Of a DNA stretch of 64,000 nt, positions 37,249 to 45,726 are shown in pieces. Origin of the DNA: Planctomycetota bacterium (GTDB lineage: Bacteria > Planctomycetota > MHYJ01 > WSZJ01); assembly GCA_038060895.1 (NCBI GenBank), contig JBBTCT010000001.1, positions 320,001 through 384,000 of the forward strand, given 5' to 3'. Position numbers and translations under genes: made by a program. The notes beneath the pieces were generated by a model that saw only the letters and a program-made list of their open reading frames with translations, had not been told where the DNA came from and did no database searches. Every line of letters starts with the position of its first letter. The stretch's first letter is position 1.

Positions 37249-37806
37249 ATCTCCACAGCTGTCACCCCCACCGACCAGTCACTTCTCCTCCGCATTGCGA
37301 AGAGGGACGAGGGCGCGTTGTCCCAGCTTTACGACCGGTATTGCGCCGCTGCGCTGGCGACCGCCGCGCGGGTGCTGGGGGACCGTTCGGAAGCGGAGGA
37401 CGTGGTGCAGGAGGTTTTCGTGCGAGTGTGGGACCGGGCCGCGGACTACGACACTTCGCGCGGATCGGTCGCCGCGTGGATCATGAGCTCGGTCCGCAAC
37501 GCGTCGATCGACAAACTCCGCCGGAAGGATGCGTTCCACCGCGCGCTCGACGGCGCGACGGCGGAGCCTAGACCGCTGCCGGAGGAGAGTGAGTTCCCGG
37601 AAGACCTGAAGCGCGTGACCGCGGCGGTCGCGCAACTGCCGCCGGACCAGCGGCAGGCGATCGAGCTGGCCTATTTTGAAGGGCTGTCCCAATCGGAAAT
37701 TGCATCGCGCCTGAAGCAGCCGCTGGGGACGGTGAAGACGCGGATGCGTCTCGGGATGCAGAAGCTGCGCGCGGCGCTCGCCGGGTTCGAGGGAGGCGCG
37801 GCATGA
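37249..37806 (+). CDS. ECF sigma-70 factor (SigK/RpoT-like); probable non-canonical ATC start
   Basis: DQSLLLRIAKRDEGALSQLYDRY, AEDVVQEVF, AYFEGLSQSEIA...GTVKTRMR. The first canonical start (TTG 37318) falls inside the conserved domain. Confidence 0.88.
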   Translation: MSTAVTPTDQSLLLRIAKRDEGALSQLYDRYCAAALATAARVLGDRSEAEDVVQEVFVRVWDRAADYDTSRGSVAAWIMSSVRNASIDKLRRKDAFHRALDGATAEPRPLPEESEFPEDLKRVTAAVAQLPPDQRQAIELAYFEGLSQSEIASRLKQPLGTVKTRMRLGMQKLRAALAGFEGGAA

Positions 37807-38573
37807 CTCACGACGAACTCCGCGACCTCTGTGCGATCCAGGCGATCGGCGGCCTCGACGCCGAGGAACGCGCCGCGATCGAGTCGCATCTCGAAGAATG
37901 CCCGGAGTGCCGCAGGCTTGTCGCGGCGCACTCGGAAGCGGCCGCAGGGCTCGCCGTGGCGCTTCCGCCAGTCACGCCGTCGCCGGAGCTCCGTCTCCGA
38001 ATTCAGGACGCGGTGAGCGGCCGCTCCGCATCCCCGCACCTGGTGCCCAAGGGTTCATTGCCGTTCTGGGCCCTTCCCGCCGCCACCGCCGCCACCATGA
38101 TCTTCGGGATCTTCATGGGCACGAAGTTGGAGGAGAGGAACTCGACAAGCAAGATCGCCCATGTCCGCAGCGAATTCGAGAAGCTGCGTGCTCAACTCGA
38201 CTCCATGGAAGCCGAAGCGCTGGCCGAGAAGAAGTTCATGCCGAGTGCGTCGATGGGCGAGCTGGCCGGCGTGGGCGGAGCGGCGTCGCTCGGACGGGTG
38301 TTCTGGCAAGGCGAAGAAGTCCACATCATGGCCGCGAATCTCCCCGCGCCTCCCTCGGGCAAGGGATACCAGGTGTGGGCGCTCGTCGAAGGAATGAAGC
38401 CGATGCCGGGCGCGGTGTTCATGCCGGACAAGGACGGGCTGCTCAAGGGCTCGCAGACGATTGCCGGCGTTCCGCCCGGGCAGGCGGTCAAGTTCGCCGT
38501 GACGCTTGAACCCATCGCGGGCGTCAAACAGCCGACCGGGCCGATGGTGCTGGAGCCGCCGAAGCCGAAGTAG
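37803..38573 (+). CDS. Zinc-binding anti-sigma factor (ZAS + RskA-like)
   Basis: HLEECPEC (HxxxCxxC), TM helix, YQVW, FAVTLEP..G..QPTGP. ATGA overlap with the sigma gene. Confidence 0.9.
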   Translation: MTHDELRDLCAIQAIGGLDAEERAAIESHLEECPECRRLVAAHSEAAAGLAVALPPVTPSPELRLRIQDAVSGRSASPHLVPKGSLPFWALPAATAATMIFGIFMGTKLEERNSTSKIAHVRSEFEKLRAQLDSMEAEALAEKKFMPSASMGELAGVGGAASLGRVFWQGEEVHIMAANLPAPPSGKGYQVWALVEGMKPMPGAVFMPDKDGLLKGSQTIAGVPPGQAVKFAVTLEPIAGVKQPTGPMVLEPPKPK

Positions 38574-38581
38574 CGCTACTC

Positions 38582-38779
38582 AAGTAGCTCCACGTTGATT
38601 CTGTGCCATTCAGCCGCCGCGAATTTCGTCGTCCCGCAAGGAGGAGACCGGAACTGGAGCGGAACGGAGCTCCAGTGAGGATCGACGACGACGCGGGACG
38701 ACGACCCTTCGACTCGCTCCGCTCGCTCAGGCCGGAAAGGCGCGCGGATGGATGGCACAGAATCAACGTGGAGCTACTT
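38582..38779. mobile_element. MITE-like element with 31-bp terminal inverted repeats and nested hairpins
   Basis: AAGTAGCTCCACGTTGATTCTGTGCCATTCA (38582-38612) vs 38749-38779, 30/31 match. Internal TCGTCGTCCCGC/GCGGGACGACGA and ACTGGAGC/GCTCCAGT pairs. Confidence 0.75.
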
Positions 38780-40108
38780 AAGCCCGCGCAGGTACTCGCG
38801 CCACGCCAGCTCGAACTCCTCCGGCGCTTCCCCGAACGCCTCCTGGAAAGAACTCGCTTTCGCCTCTCCCGCCAGAACCGCAGCGCAGTACTTCAGGAAG
38901 CGTTCGCGGTACTTCGCGTCGCCGGCCGTCATGAAGAAGTGCGTCACGCCCGCGGCCTGGTCGTAGTGGGGTGCCATGTCCCGCTGTTCCAGGAGGACGA
39001 GCTCCGCGAGCGAAAGCACGCTTCCCTTCACGACCTTAGCCTTCGCGACCTGGAACGGTGGATGCTTCGGGTTTCCCACGAGCAGCTTCCCGTCCCGGTT
39101 CTCGACCGTCTCGAACCAGCGCGCGACGCCCTCGTAAATCCAGAAGTGCGGGTTGAGCGTCGGCTCGTTCTTCCACGTGATCCACTGGTCCAGTGCCTGG
39201 TGACAGCACTCGTGCTGGACGATGGTCGAGAGTGGTGAAGGGCCGGCTTCCTCGCGATACCAGAAGTGCGCGGCGCGGTCCTCGTTGGAATAGAAACCGA
39301 CGACGCCGGGAGAGATGCCTCCGGGATGGTGACCTCGGACGTGGGCGTCGAAGTCCTCTTTCGTCGCGAAGAGGTAGACAGGCATCGGCTTCAGGGTGGC
39401 CGGGGGTTTCAGGACGGGAGCCGTTTCGCGGACCAGCACGGCGTACATGTCTTCGGCCCAGCCGAGCACTTTCTGGGCCGCCAGAAGCGAGTGGTTGGAA
39501 CGCACGACGAACCGCCCGCCATTCACCTCCCACGCATCCGCCCATAATTTCCTCTTCTGCTCCACCTCGGCGGCCGGGAGCCACTTTCCGCCGATGGGGA
39601 GCAATCCCTGCTTCCGCTTCTCCGCCTCTGCCGTCTGGAACCAGCCCTGGCCTTCGACGAGCGCCTCCCCGAGCTGCGTGCGAGCGTCGGCGAAGTCCCG
39701 GTCGTAGTTGAGCGCGCGGCGGAAGGCGGCCTTTGCGCCGGAAGCGTCCCCTTTTTCTTTCTTTGCCTTGCCGAGGGCGAGAAGGCGCGAAGACGCCTCG
39801 TAGTCGAGGATCCGGCGCAATTCGCGGTAATCCGTGTACTTCGCGTGGCGGGCGTCGTCCCAGCTGAGCGCCCAGAGCCGACCGCCGGAATTGACCATCC
39901 GGGCGGCGAGTCCGTGCTGGGATTCCCAGCGAAGGACGTCGAGATACTCGGCGCGGGCTTCTTCGACAAGATCGTCGGCGACGCATTTGTCGGCCAGCTT
40001 GAGGTGTTCGGCGACGAGGAACGTCTTGAGGTCGCGTTCGATCTCGGCCGGGGTTGGATCGGCGGCGGCGACGGCCGCAAGGAAGAAGAAAAGGGCGATC
40101 CGGGGCAT
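38774..40108 (-). CDS. Secreted DUF1570-like zinc metallopeptidase (array member 5)
   Basis: Signal peptide MPRIALFFFLAAVAAA, GFYS, QHECCHQ, WIYEGVARWFE, YDQAAGVTHFF. Confidence 0.85.
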   Translation of the reverse strand: MPRIALFFFLAAVAAADPTPAEIERDLKTFLVAEHLKLADKCVADDLVEEARAEYLDVLRWESQHGLAARMVNSGGRLWALSWDDARHAKYTDYRELRRILDYEASSRLLALGKAKKEKGDASGAKAAFRRALNYDRDFADARTQLGEALVEGQGWFQTAEAEKRKQGLLPIGGKWLPAAEVEQKRKLWADAWEVNGGRFVVRSNHSLLAAQKVLGWAEDMYAVLVRETAPVLKPPATLKPMPVYLFATKEDFDAHVRGHHPGGISPGVVGFYSNEDRAAHFWYREEAGPSPLSTIVQHECCHQALDQWITWKNEPTLNPHFWIYEGVARWFETVENRDGKLLVGNPKHPPFQVAKAKVVKGSVLSLAELVLLEQRDMAPHYDQAAGVTHFFMTAGDAKYRERFLKYCAAVLAGEAKASSFQEAFGEAPEEFELAWREYLRGLK

Positions 40109-40155
40109 GGCGTCAAGCGTAACACGGGTGAATGCGCGAAGAATGGTCGGGCGCA

Positions 40156-40273
40156 GGGCGCGTGAAACAAGCGGGCGACGTCTGCGGTCGGGACTCGCGG
40201 CGCGGCGTCGAGCCTTACCGACGCCATGCCGCGAGATCCGAACGCAGACGGCGCCCGCTTGTTTCACGCGCTC
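40156..40273. repeat. ~118-bp palindromic (MITE/REP-like) element
   Basis: 55-bp arms 40156-40210 and 40219-40273 (GCGCGTGAAACAAGCGGGCG..CGCCCGCTTGTTTCACGCGC), 8-nt loop. Confidence 0.85.
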
Positions 40274-41701
40274 TCACTTTTTGAATTCCATCACGTGCTC
40301 TTTCCATTCCGCTTCGAACGTCTCCGCCCCGCGCCCGAACTCCTTCTCGAACGACTTCTCGTCCGACATTCCGGTCGCCACCACCTTGAAGTACTGGATG
40401 AACGCCTCGCGGTACATTCCGCCCTTCCAGTGCAGGAAGAAATGCACGAGCCCGGCCGCCTGCTGGTACTGCTTCCCAAGCCCTTCCTGGTTGAGCGCCA
40501 CGAATTTCGCCAGAGGAGTGAACTTCCCGTCGGCCAGCTCGTCGTGTGCCAGTTTCAGGCGGATGACCGAGGTGTTTCCTGCGACGACCTTTCCGTCGCG
40601 CGACTCCGTCGATTCGAAGTACGACGCCATGCCCTCCCACGCCCAGAAGTTCGCCCGCGAGTTGATCCAGCCCACGAGCGGAATGGCCCGGCCCGCGACG
40701 GCGTGGGTGCACTCGTGAAGGACGACCTCCTCGCGCGTGAGAGCCGAACCTTCAGGAAGGACGGTGAGATGCACGCCCTCTCCGGGACTGTAGAAACCCG
40801 GTACGCCCTTGGGGGTCGTGCCCCCCTGGTGCTCGGCCTTGATGTGCGCATCGAGATCGTCGAGCGTCGCGAAATCCATGACCAGCAGCCGTTTCGTTTC
40901 CGCAGGCGCATCGACAATGCCCATGATGTCGCGCATGAACGCCGTGTGAACCCGCTCGGCAAGCACGACCACCGATCGCCCCGGGCCGAGCCCGCGGTTC
41001 GAGCGGACCGTGTAGTGCGGGCTGTGCAGCTCCCACGCATCCGCCCACACCATCCGCTGCTTGCGCACGTCCGCCGCAGGCAGCCACTCGCCGCGCAGCT
41101 CCAGCAATCCCCGGGACCGCTTCGCCGCAATCTCCTCCGTCACCCAGCCGCCGTCGTGCTTCGCCTCGCCCAGCAACTCGTGAGCCCGCTGGCAGTCCGC
41201 GTCGAGCCCGAACGCCCGCTGGCAGGCTTCCCAGCACCCGTCCCGGTCGCCCGCCTTGTCGCGCTCCGAAGCGAGATTCGCCCAGCGCCGCGCGATGTCG
41301 CCGCAGAAGGCCCGGCGCTTCTCCGACCACGCCACCCATTTGCGGTGCGTCGCCGCGTCCCAGTCGAGAACCCAGGGCTTCGGGGCCGAAGCCAGCGCCT
41401 TCGTGGCCTCCACGTTTGCCGGGTCGTCCCGTTTCACCAGTTGCCACTCGCGGATGGACTCCTCGACGAGGCCATCGGCGGAAGCGGCCCGGGCGAGCTC
41501 GGAGCGGCCGCGAATGGATTCATTCTTGAGGGAAGCGTCGTCGGCGAACGCGAAGAGCGCGAGCGACAGAACCAGGAAGAACGGCATGGCCGCAGAGGAC
41601 GCTAAGGACACAGAGAAAGTCAAGATCCCAAGCCGTGTGCCGTCCCCGAATTGCCTTTCTCTGTGTCCTCTGCGCCCTCTGCGGCTCATGCCTTTTTTCA
41701 T
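40274..41701 (-). CDS. Secreted DUF1570-like zinc metallopeptidase (array member 4)
   Basis: LHECTHA, WAWEGMASYFE, YQQAAGLVHFF. Start is either ATG 41701 (ATGA-coupled) or ATG 41587 (signal peptide MPFFLVLSLALFAFA). Confidence 0.85.
   Translation of the reverse strand: MKKGMSRRGRRGHRERQFGDGTRLGILTFSVSLASSAAMPFFLVLSLALFAFADDASLKNESIRGRSELARAASADGLVEESIREWQLVKRDDPANVEATKALASAPKPWVLDWDAATHRKWVAWSEKRRAFCGDIARRWANLASERDKAGDRDGCWEACQRAFGLDADCQRAHELLGEAKHDGGWVTEEIAAKRSRGLLELRGEWLPAADVRKQRMVWADAWELHSPHYTVRSNRGLGPGRSVVVLAERVHTAFMRDIMGIVDAPAETKRLLVMDFATLDDLDAHIKAEHQGGTTPKGVPGFYSPGEGVHLTVLPEGSALTREEVVLHECTHAVAGRAIPLVGWINSRANFWAWEGMASYFESTESRDGKVVAGNTSVIRLKLAHDELADGKFTPLAKFVALNQEGLGKQYQQAAGLVHFFLHWKGGMYREAFIQYFKVVATGMSDEKSFEKEFGRGAETFEAEWKEHVMEFKK
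41577..41698. repeat. Palindromic element at the 5' end of array member 4
   Basis: GCCGCAGAGGACGCTAAGGACACAGAGAAAG (41589-41619) pairs with 41655-41685 and extends outward through GGCATG/CATGCC. Confidence 0.8.
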
Positions 41702-42978
41702 CGCCCACTCCCCTTCACCCAGGCTTCCCAATCCTCCTGGAACTTCCCCGCCTTGCATCCGAACGACTTCTCAAACGTGTCGGCCTCGGCTTTGCCGGAA
41801 GCAACGACCCGCAAGTACTTCAGGAAACGCTCCCGGCCCTTCCCGCCGTCCGAGAGCAGAAAGAAATGAACGAGCGACGCCGCCTGGTTGTAGCGGCCCT
41901 TCACGCCTTCCCCGTCCAGCAGCACGAATTCATCGAGGGGGAGCGTCGCCCCGTCTTTGAGAGCGCCGCGGGCCATTCCCATCCGCGGATGGAGGCGGCT
42001 TCCGACGAGAATTTTCCCGTCGCGGATCTTGGTCGATTCGAAGAAGGCCGCGACGCCTTCCCAGGCCCAGAAGTGCGGCCGCTCGGCGAGCATCCCCTGC
42101 GGCGGCCACAGGGCGTCGCAGACCTGGTGCGCGACTTCGTGGCGCACGACGTCCGGGTCGCCGAGCCCGAATCCGTTGCCCGTGGGGGCGAAGTGGCTGG
42201 CGGCGTCGAGCGAGCTGAAGAATCCGGCGGAAGAACGGCGTTCCGCGCCTCCTTCGTGGACGGCGTCGAGGTGGGCGAGAAAGTCGGCGCGCGTGGCGAA
42301 GTCGTAGACCGCGAACCGCTTCTTCGGCGCGGGCGCATCGAGCTCGCCCTCGAGTTCGCGGTGCACCGCCGCGAACACGGCCTCGGCAAGCGCCAGCACT
42401 TCGCGCGCCGCCGGCTCCGAGCGATTCGAGCGGACCGCAAAGTGAGTGCCGCGGATCTCCCAGGCCTCCGCCCAGGCCGCACGGCGCTTCTTTACATCGG
42501 CGGCCGGCAGCCACTTGCCGTCGATGGGAAGCAGGTCCTGCAGGAGGAAGTCCGCAACCTCCCTCCGAACCCACTCTCCCCCTGCGAACACTTCACCCGC
42601 GCGGTCGTGCGCCGGCTCGAAATCCGGCGAGAGCGTAAGGGCGGATCGCGCGTCGCCGAGCGCGAGCCAGCGAGCCGCGAAGCGATCGAGAAGCGCGGAG
42701 CGGTCCTTCGCATAGGCGACGAAGTTCGCGTGCAGCGCCTCGTCCCATTCGAGCACCCAGGGCTTCCCGATCCGCGCGAGCGCTTCGGCCGCTCCGGCGA
42801 CCGCGGGATCTTCGCGCCGCGCCGCCTGCCACTCGCGCGCCGCCTCCTCGACGAGTCCCGCCTCTTCGCACCGAGCTCCCAATGCTGCGCGCTCCTTCGC
42901 GAGATCGCGCCGCACGGCCGCAGCATCGTCGGCAAAGGCGGAAAGCGCCGGGACGATCAGAACCAGCAGGCTCTTCAT
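41698..42978 (-). CDS. Secreted DUF1570-like zinc metallopeptidase (array member 3)
   Basis: MKSLLVLIVPALSAFA signal, RHEVAHQ, WAWEGVAAFFE, YNQAASLVHFF. ATGA overlap. Confidence 0.85.
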   Translation of the reverse strand: MKSLLVLIVPALSAFADDAAAVRRDLAKERAALGARCEEAGLVEEAAREWQAARREDPAVAGAAEALARIGKPWVLEWDEALHANFVAYAKDRSALLDRFAARWLALGDARSALTLSPDFEPAHDRAGEVFAGGEWVRREVADFLLQDLLPIDGKWLPAADVKKRRAAWAEAWEIRGTHFAVRSNRSEPAAREVLALAEAVFAAVHRELEGELDAPAPKKRFAVYDFATRADFLAHLDAVHEGGAERRSSAGFFSSLDAASHFAPTGNGFGLGDPDVVRHEVAHQVCDALWPPQGMLAERPHFWAWEGVAAFFESTKIRDGKILVGSRLHPRMGMARGALKDGATLPLDEFVLLDGEGVKGRYNQAASLVHFFLLSDGGKGRERFLKYLRVVASGKAEADTFEKSFGCKAGKFQEDWEAWVKGSGR

Positions 42979-44294
42979 TTCAGCCCGTCCACCCAGGCCT
43001 CCCACTCCGCCTGCAGATCCTTCGCCTCCTTCCGGAAACACTGCTGGAAGGTCCCGAATTCTGCCACGCCCTCGTGGACGGCCTTCGCGTAGGCGATGAA
43101 CTGTTCGCGATACCTGGCGCGGCCCGACGTCATGAAGAAGTTCGCGAGGGCGGCGCACTGGGAAGGCTTGTCGGCGATCTCCCGGGCGGCGAAACCGGTG
43201 AACTTCGCGAGCACTACGTGCTTTCCTTCCACGAAGTCCCTCCGGAACTGGCGGACACGCACGTGGTCCGGGCTTCCCGTCAGCAACTTCCCGTCGCGCG
43301 TTTCCACGGATTCGAAGAACAGCGCGATGCCGACCCACGCCCAGTACCCCACGTGCGCTTCCGGATTGCCTTTCGGTTTCCAGACCCAGGAAAGGATCTG
43401 GTGCGTGGCCTCGCGCCGCACGTCGTCGTCGAGGCCGCCGGTCGCGGTGTTGGGCGTCGGGAGGAAGTGCGCCATTTTGTCATCGGCGCTGAAGTAGCCG
43501 GAGAGCGCCCTCAGTTCTTCGCGGTCGCCGTGCGCGGCCTTGATGTGGTCGTTGAAGTCGGCGCGCGTGGCAAAGCAGGAGAGTTTCATCAGGCCGTCGG
43601 TTTTGGGCGGCTCGATCAGCCCGTGAAGATCGCGCGTGACGGCGCGGTACACGTCCTCCGCCCGCGCCAGCACGCTGCGAGCGACGTCGCGAGAGACGTT
43701 GGACGTCACCTCGAAATGCGCGCCCTTCTCGACCCACGCCTCCGCCCATTTCGAGTGCCGCGCTTCCGCGTCCTTGGCGGGCACCCATTCGGCGCCGACC
43801 GGGAGCAGCCCCTGCTTGCGCTTCTCGGCCTCCTCCCTCGGATACCAGCCGTCCTTTTCCACCAGGACTTCGCCCAACCTGTCGTGCGCCGCCTGGCACT
43901 CCGGGTCCTGCTCGAGCGCCCACCGCCATGCCGCTTCCGCGCGCTTCGCGCTCCCTGCCGCCTTGCGCTCGTCCCCCAGCGTGACCAGCCTCGCGGCGGA
44001 CTCCCTCGCCACGACCTGGCGGCCCTTTTCGAACGCGAGGTACTTCGCATGCGTCGCGTCGTCCCATTTCAGCACCCAGGGCCGCCTGCCTTCCTTGAGT
44101 CCGCGTCCCGCTTCCGCGTGATCCGACATGGCCCGCAACGCGGTCGTAAAGGCAGCGACCGACTCCTCGGCCAGCCCGTCCTTCTTCGCGGCCGCCCCCA
44201 GCTTCGCGTGTTCGTCCGCAAGCCACTTCATCGTCGTCGTCTCATCCGCGGAAGCGGCGAGCGCGGCGACCATCAGCCAGGCGCAAGTTCTCAT
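42975..44294 (-). CDS. Secreted DUF1570-like paralog, predicted catalytically inactive (array member 2)
   Basis: Signal peptide. HExxH is replaced by REATH, the third ligand WxWEG by WAWVG, and the conserved YxQ by SQ. Confidence 0.82.
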   Translation of the reverse strand: MRTCAWLMVAALAASADETTTMKWLADEHAKLGAAAKKDGLAEESVAAFTTALRAMSDHAEAGRGLKEGRRPWVLKWDDATHAKYLAFEKGRQVVARESAARLVTLGDERKAAGSAKRAEAAWRWALEQDPECQAAHDRLGEVLVEKDGWYPREEAEKRKQGLLPVGAEWVPAKDAEARHSKWAEAWVEKGAHFEVTSNVSRDVARSVLARAEDVYRAVTRDLHGLIEPPKTDGLMKLSCFATRADFNDHIKAAHGDREELRALSGYFSADDKMAHFLPTPNTATGGLDDDVRREATHQILSWVWKPKGNPEAHVGYWAWVGIALFFESVETRDGKLLTGSPDHVRVRQFRRDFVEGKHVVLAKFTGFAAREIADKPSQCAALANFFMTSGRARYREQFIAYAKAVHEGVAEFGTFQQCFRKEAKDLQAEWEAWVDGLK

Positions 44295-44313
44295 CGCAGT
44301 TCCCCTATGAAAT

Positions 44314-45642
44314 TCACTTGAGGCCTTTGAGCCAGGCTTCCCATTCTGCCTGAAAATCGGCGGGTTTCTTCCCGAACGCTCCGTCGAACGTGTCCGCCCT
44401 CGCCTGTGCTTCGTGAATCACCTTGAGGTACGCCAGGAACTTCTCGCGGTGCTTTCCGTCGCCCGCATTCATGAAGAAGCTCGCCAGGGCGGCGCACTGC
44501 GGGTACTTGCCGGAAACCCCCCGCTGGTCGAGCGTCACGAACTCCGCCAGCGGGACGTGTTTCCCCGCCGCGAATTCCGTGCGAAACGTTTTTACGCGAA
44601 GGTGATTCGGGTTCCCGACCAGCACCTTGCCGTCTTTCGTCTCCACCGACTCGAAATACGTCGCGAACCCCTCCCACTCCCAGAAATGCGGAAGAGCGGG
44701 CGGCTGGCCTGAAGCGGTCCAGATCCAGTACGCGACCTGGTGCGCGCCCTCGTGCCTGACCACGTCCTCGAGCGTGTTCAGCGCGTTGGCTGGCAAGGGG
44801 AAAAAGTGGCTGACCTTGTCCTCGTTACTGAAAAACCCGGGCGCAGTCTTGAGCCCCGGACGGTCGCCGTGCGCCGTGCGGTCGTGTTCATCCAGGTCGG
44901 CGCGCGAGGCGAAGTAGTAAATCTTCATCAGGCCCTTCGTGTCGGGCGTCAGCGGCGGCCCGCCCGGCTCGCTCAACTCGCGCGTCAGGGCGTGATACAT
45001 CTCCTCCGCCCGCGCCAGCACGTTTTTCGCCCCGTCCAGCGAGTGGTTCGAACTGACCTCGAAATGGTCCCCCTTCACAACCCACGGCTCCGCCCACTTC
45101 GAATGCCGCGCCTCCGCTTCCTTCGCGGTCACCCAGTCTGCGCCGACCGGCAGGAGCCCCTTTTTGCGCTTCTCCGCCTCCTCCTTCGGGAACCACCCCT
45201 GCTTTTCGACCAGCACCTCCCCCAACCGTTCGTGCGCTTCCTTCGAGGCCGGGTCATATTTCAGCGCTGTTCGCCAGGCCAGCGCCGCCTTGTCCGCATC
45301 CCCCGCGGCTTTTATTTCGTTTCCGAGCGCGACGAACTTCGCTGCCGCCGCTTTGCGCATCGTCTTGCGCTTTTCCGAGAACGAGAGGTACTTCCTGTGA
45401 AGCGCGTCATCCCAATGCGTAATCCAGATCCGCCCGGAGCCCGAGATGGTCTTCTTCGTCGGGTCCGCCCACACGCGCGCCCGGCTGTCCATCTCCATCT
45501 CGTTCTGCGCTTCCTCGACGAGGCCGTCGCTCCGGGCCGCCATCAGCAGCTTGCCGTGCTCGTCCGAAATCCACTTCAGCGTCGCCGTTTCGTCCGCGGA
45601 AACAGCGACGGCCGTGACGAGCAGGCAGGCGAAGATCTTCAC
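44314..45642 (-). CDS. Secreted DUF1570-like zinc metallopeptidase (array member 1)
   Basis: GGAG SD and GTG start, signal peptide, RHEGAHQ, WEWEGFATYFE, YPQCAALASFF. Confidence 0.85.
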   Translation of the reverse strand: MKIFACLLVTAVAVSADETATLKWISDEHGKLLMAARSDGLVEEAQNEMEMDSRARVWADPTKKTISGSGRIWITHWDDALHRKYLSFSEKRKTMRKAAAAKFVALGNEIKAAGDADKAALAWRTALKYDPASKEAHERLGEVLVEKQGWFPKEEAEKRKKGLLPVGADWVTAKEAEARHSKWAEPWVVKGDHFEVSSNHSLDGAKNVLARAEEMYHALTRELSEPGGPPLTPDTKGLMKIYYFASRADLDEHDRTAHGDRPGLKTAPGFFSNEDKVSHFFPLPANALNTLEDVVRHEGAHQVAYWIWTASGQPPALPHFWEWEGFATYFESVETKDGKVLVGNPNHLRVKTFRTEFAAGKHVPLAEFVTLDQRGVSGKYPQCAALASFFMNAGDGKHREKFLAYLKVIHEAQARADTFDGAFGKKPADFQAEWEAWLKGLK

Positions 45643-45726
45643 GAGCGCTCCTTGTTCGTCGTGCTGTTGTCACAAGATACGCAAAACGCCCTTCCCCCGA
45701 CTGCCAGAAGTGCTACAACCTCCACC

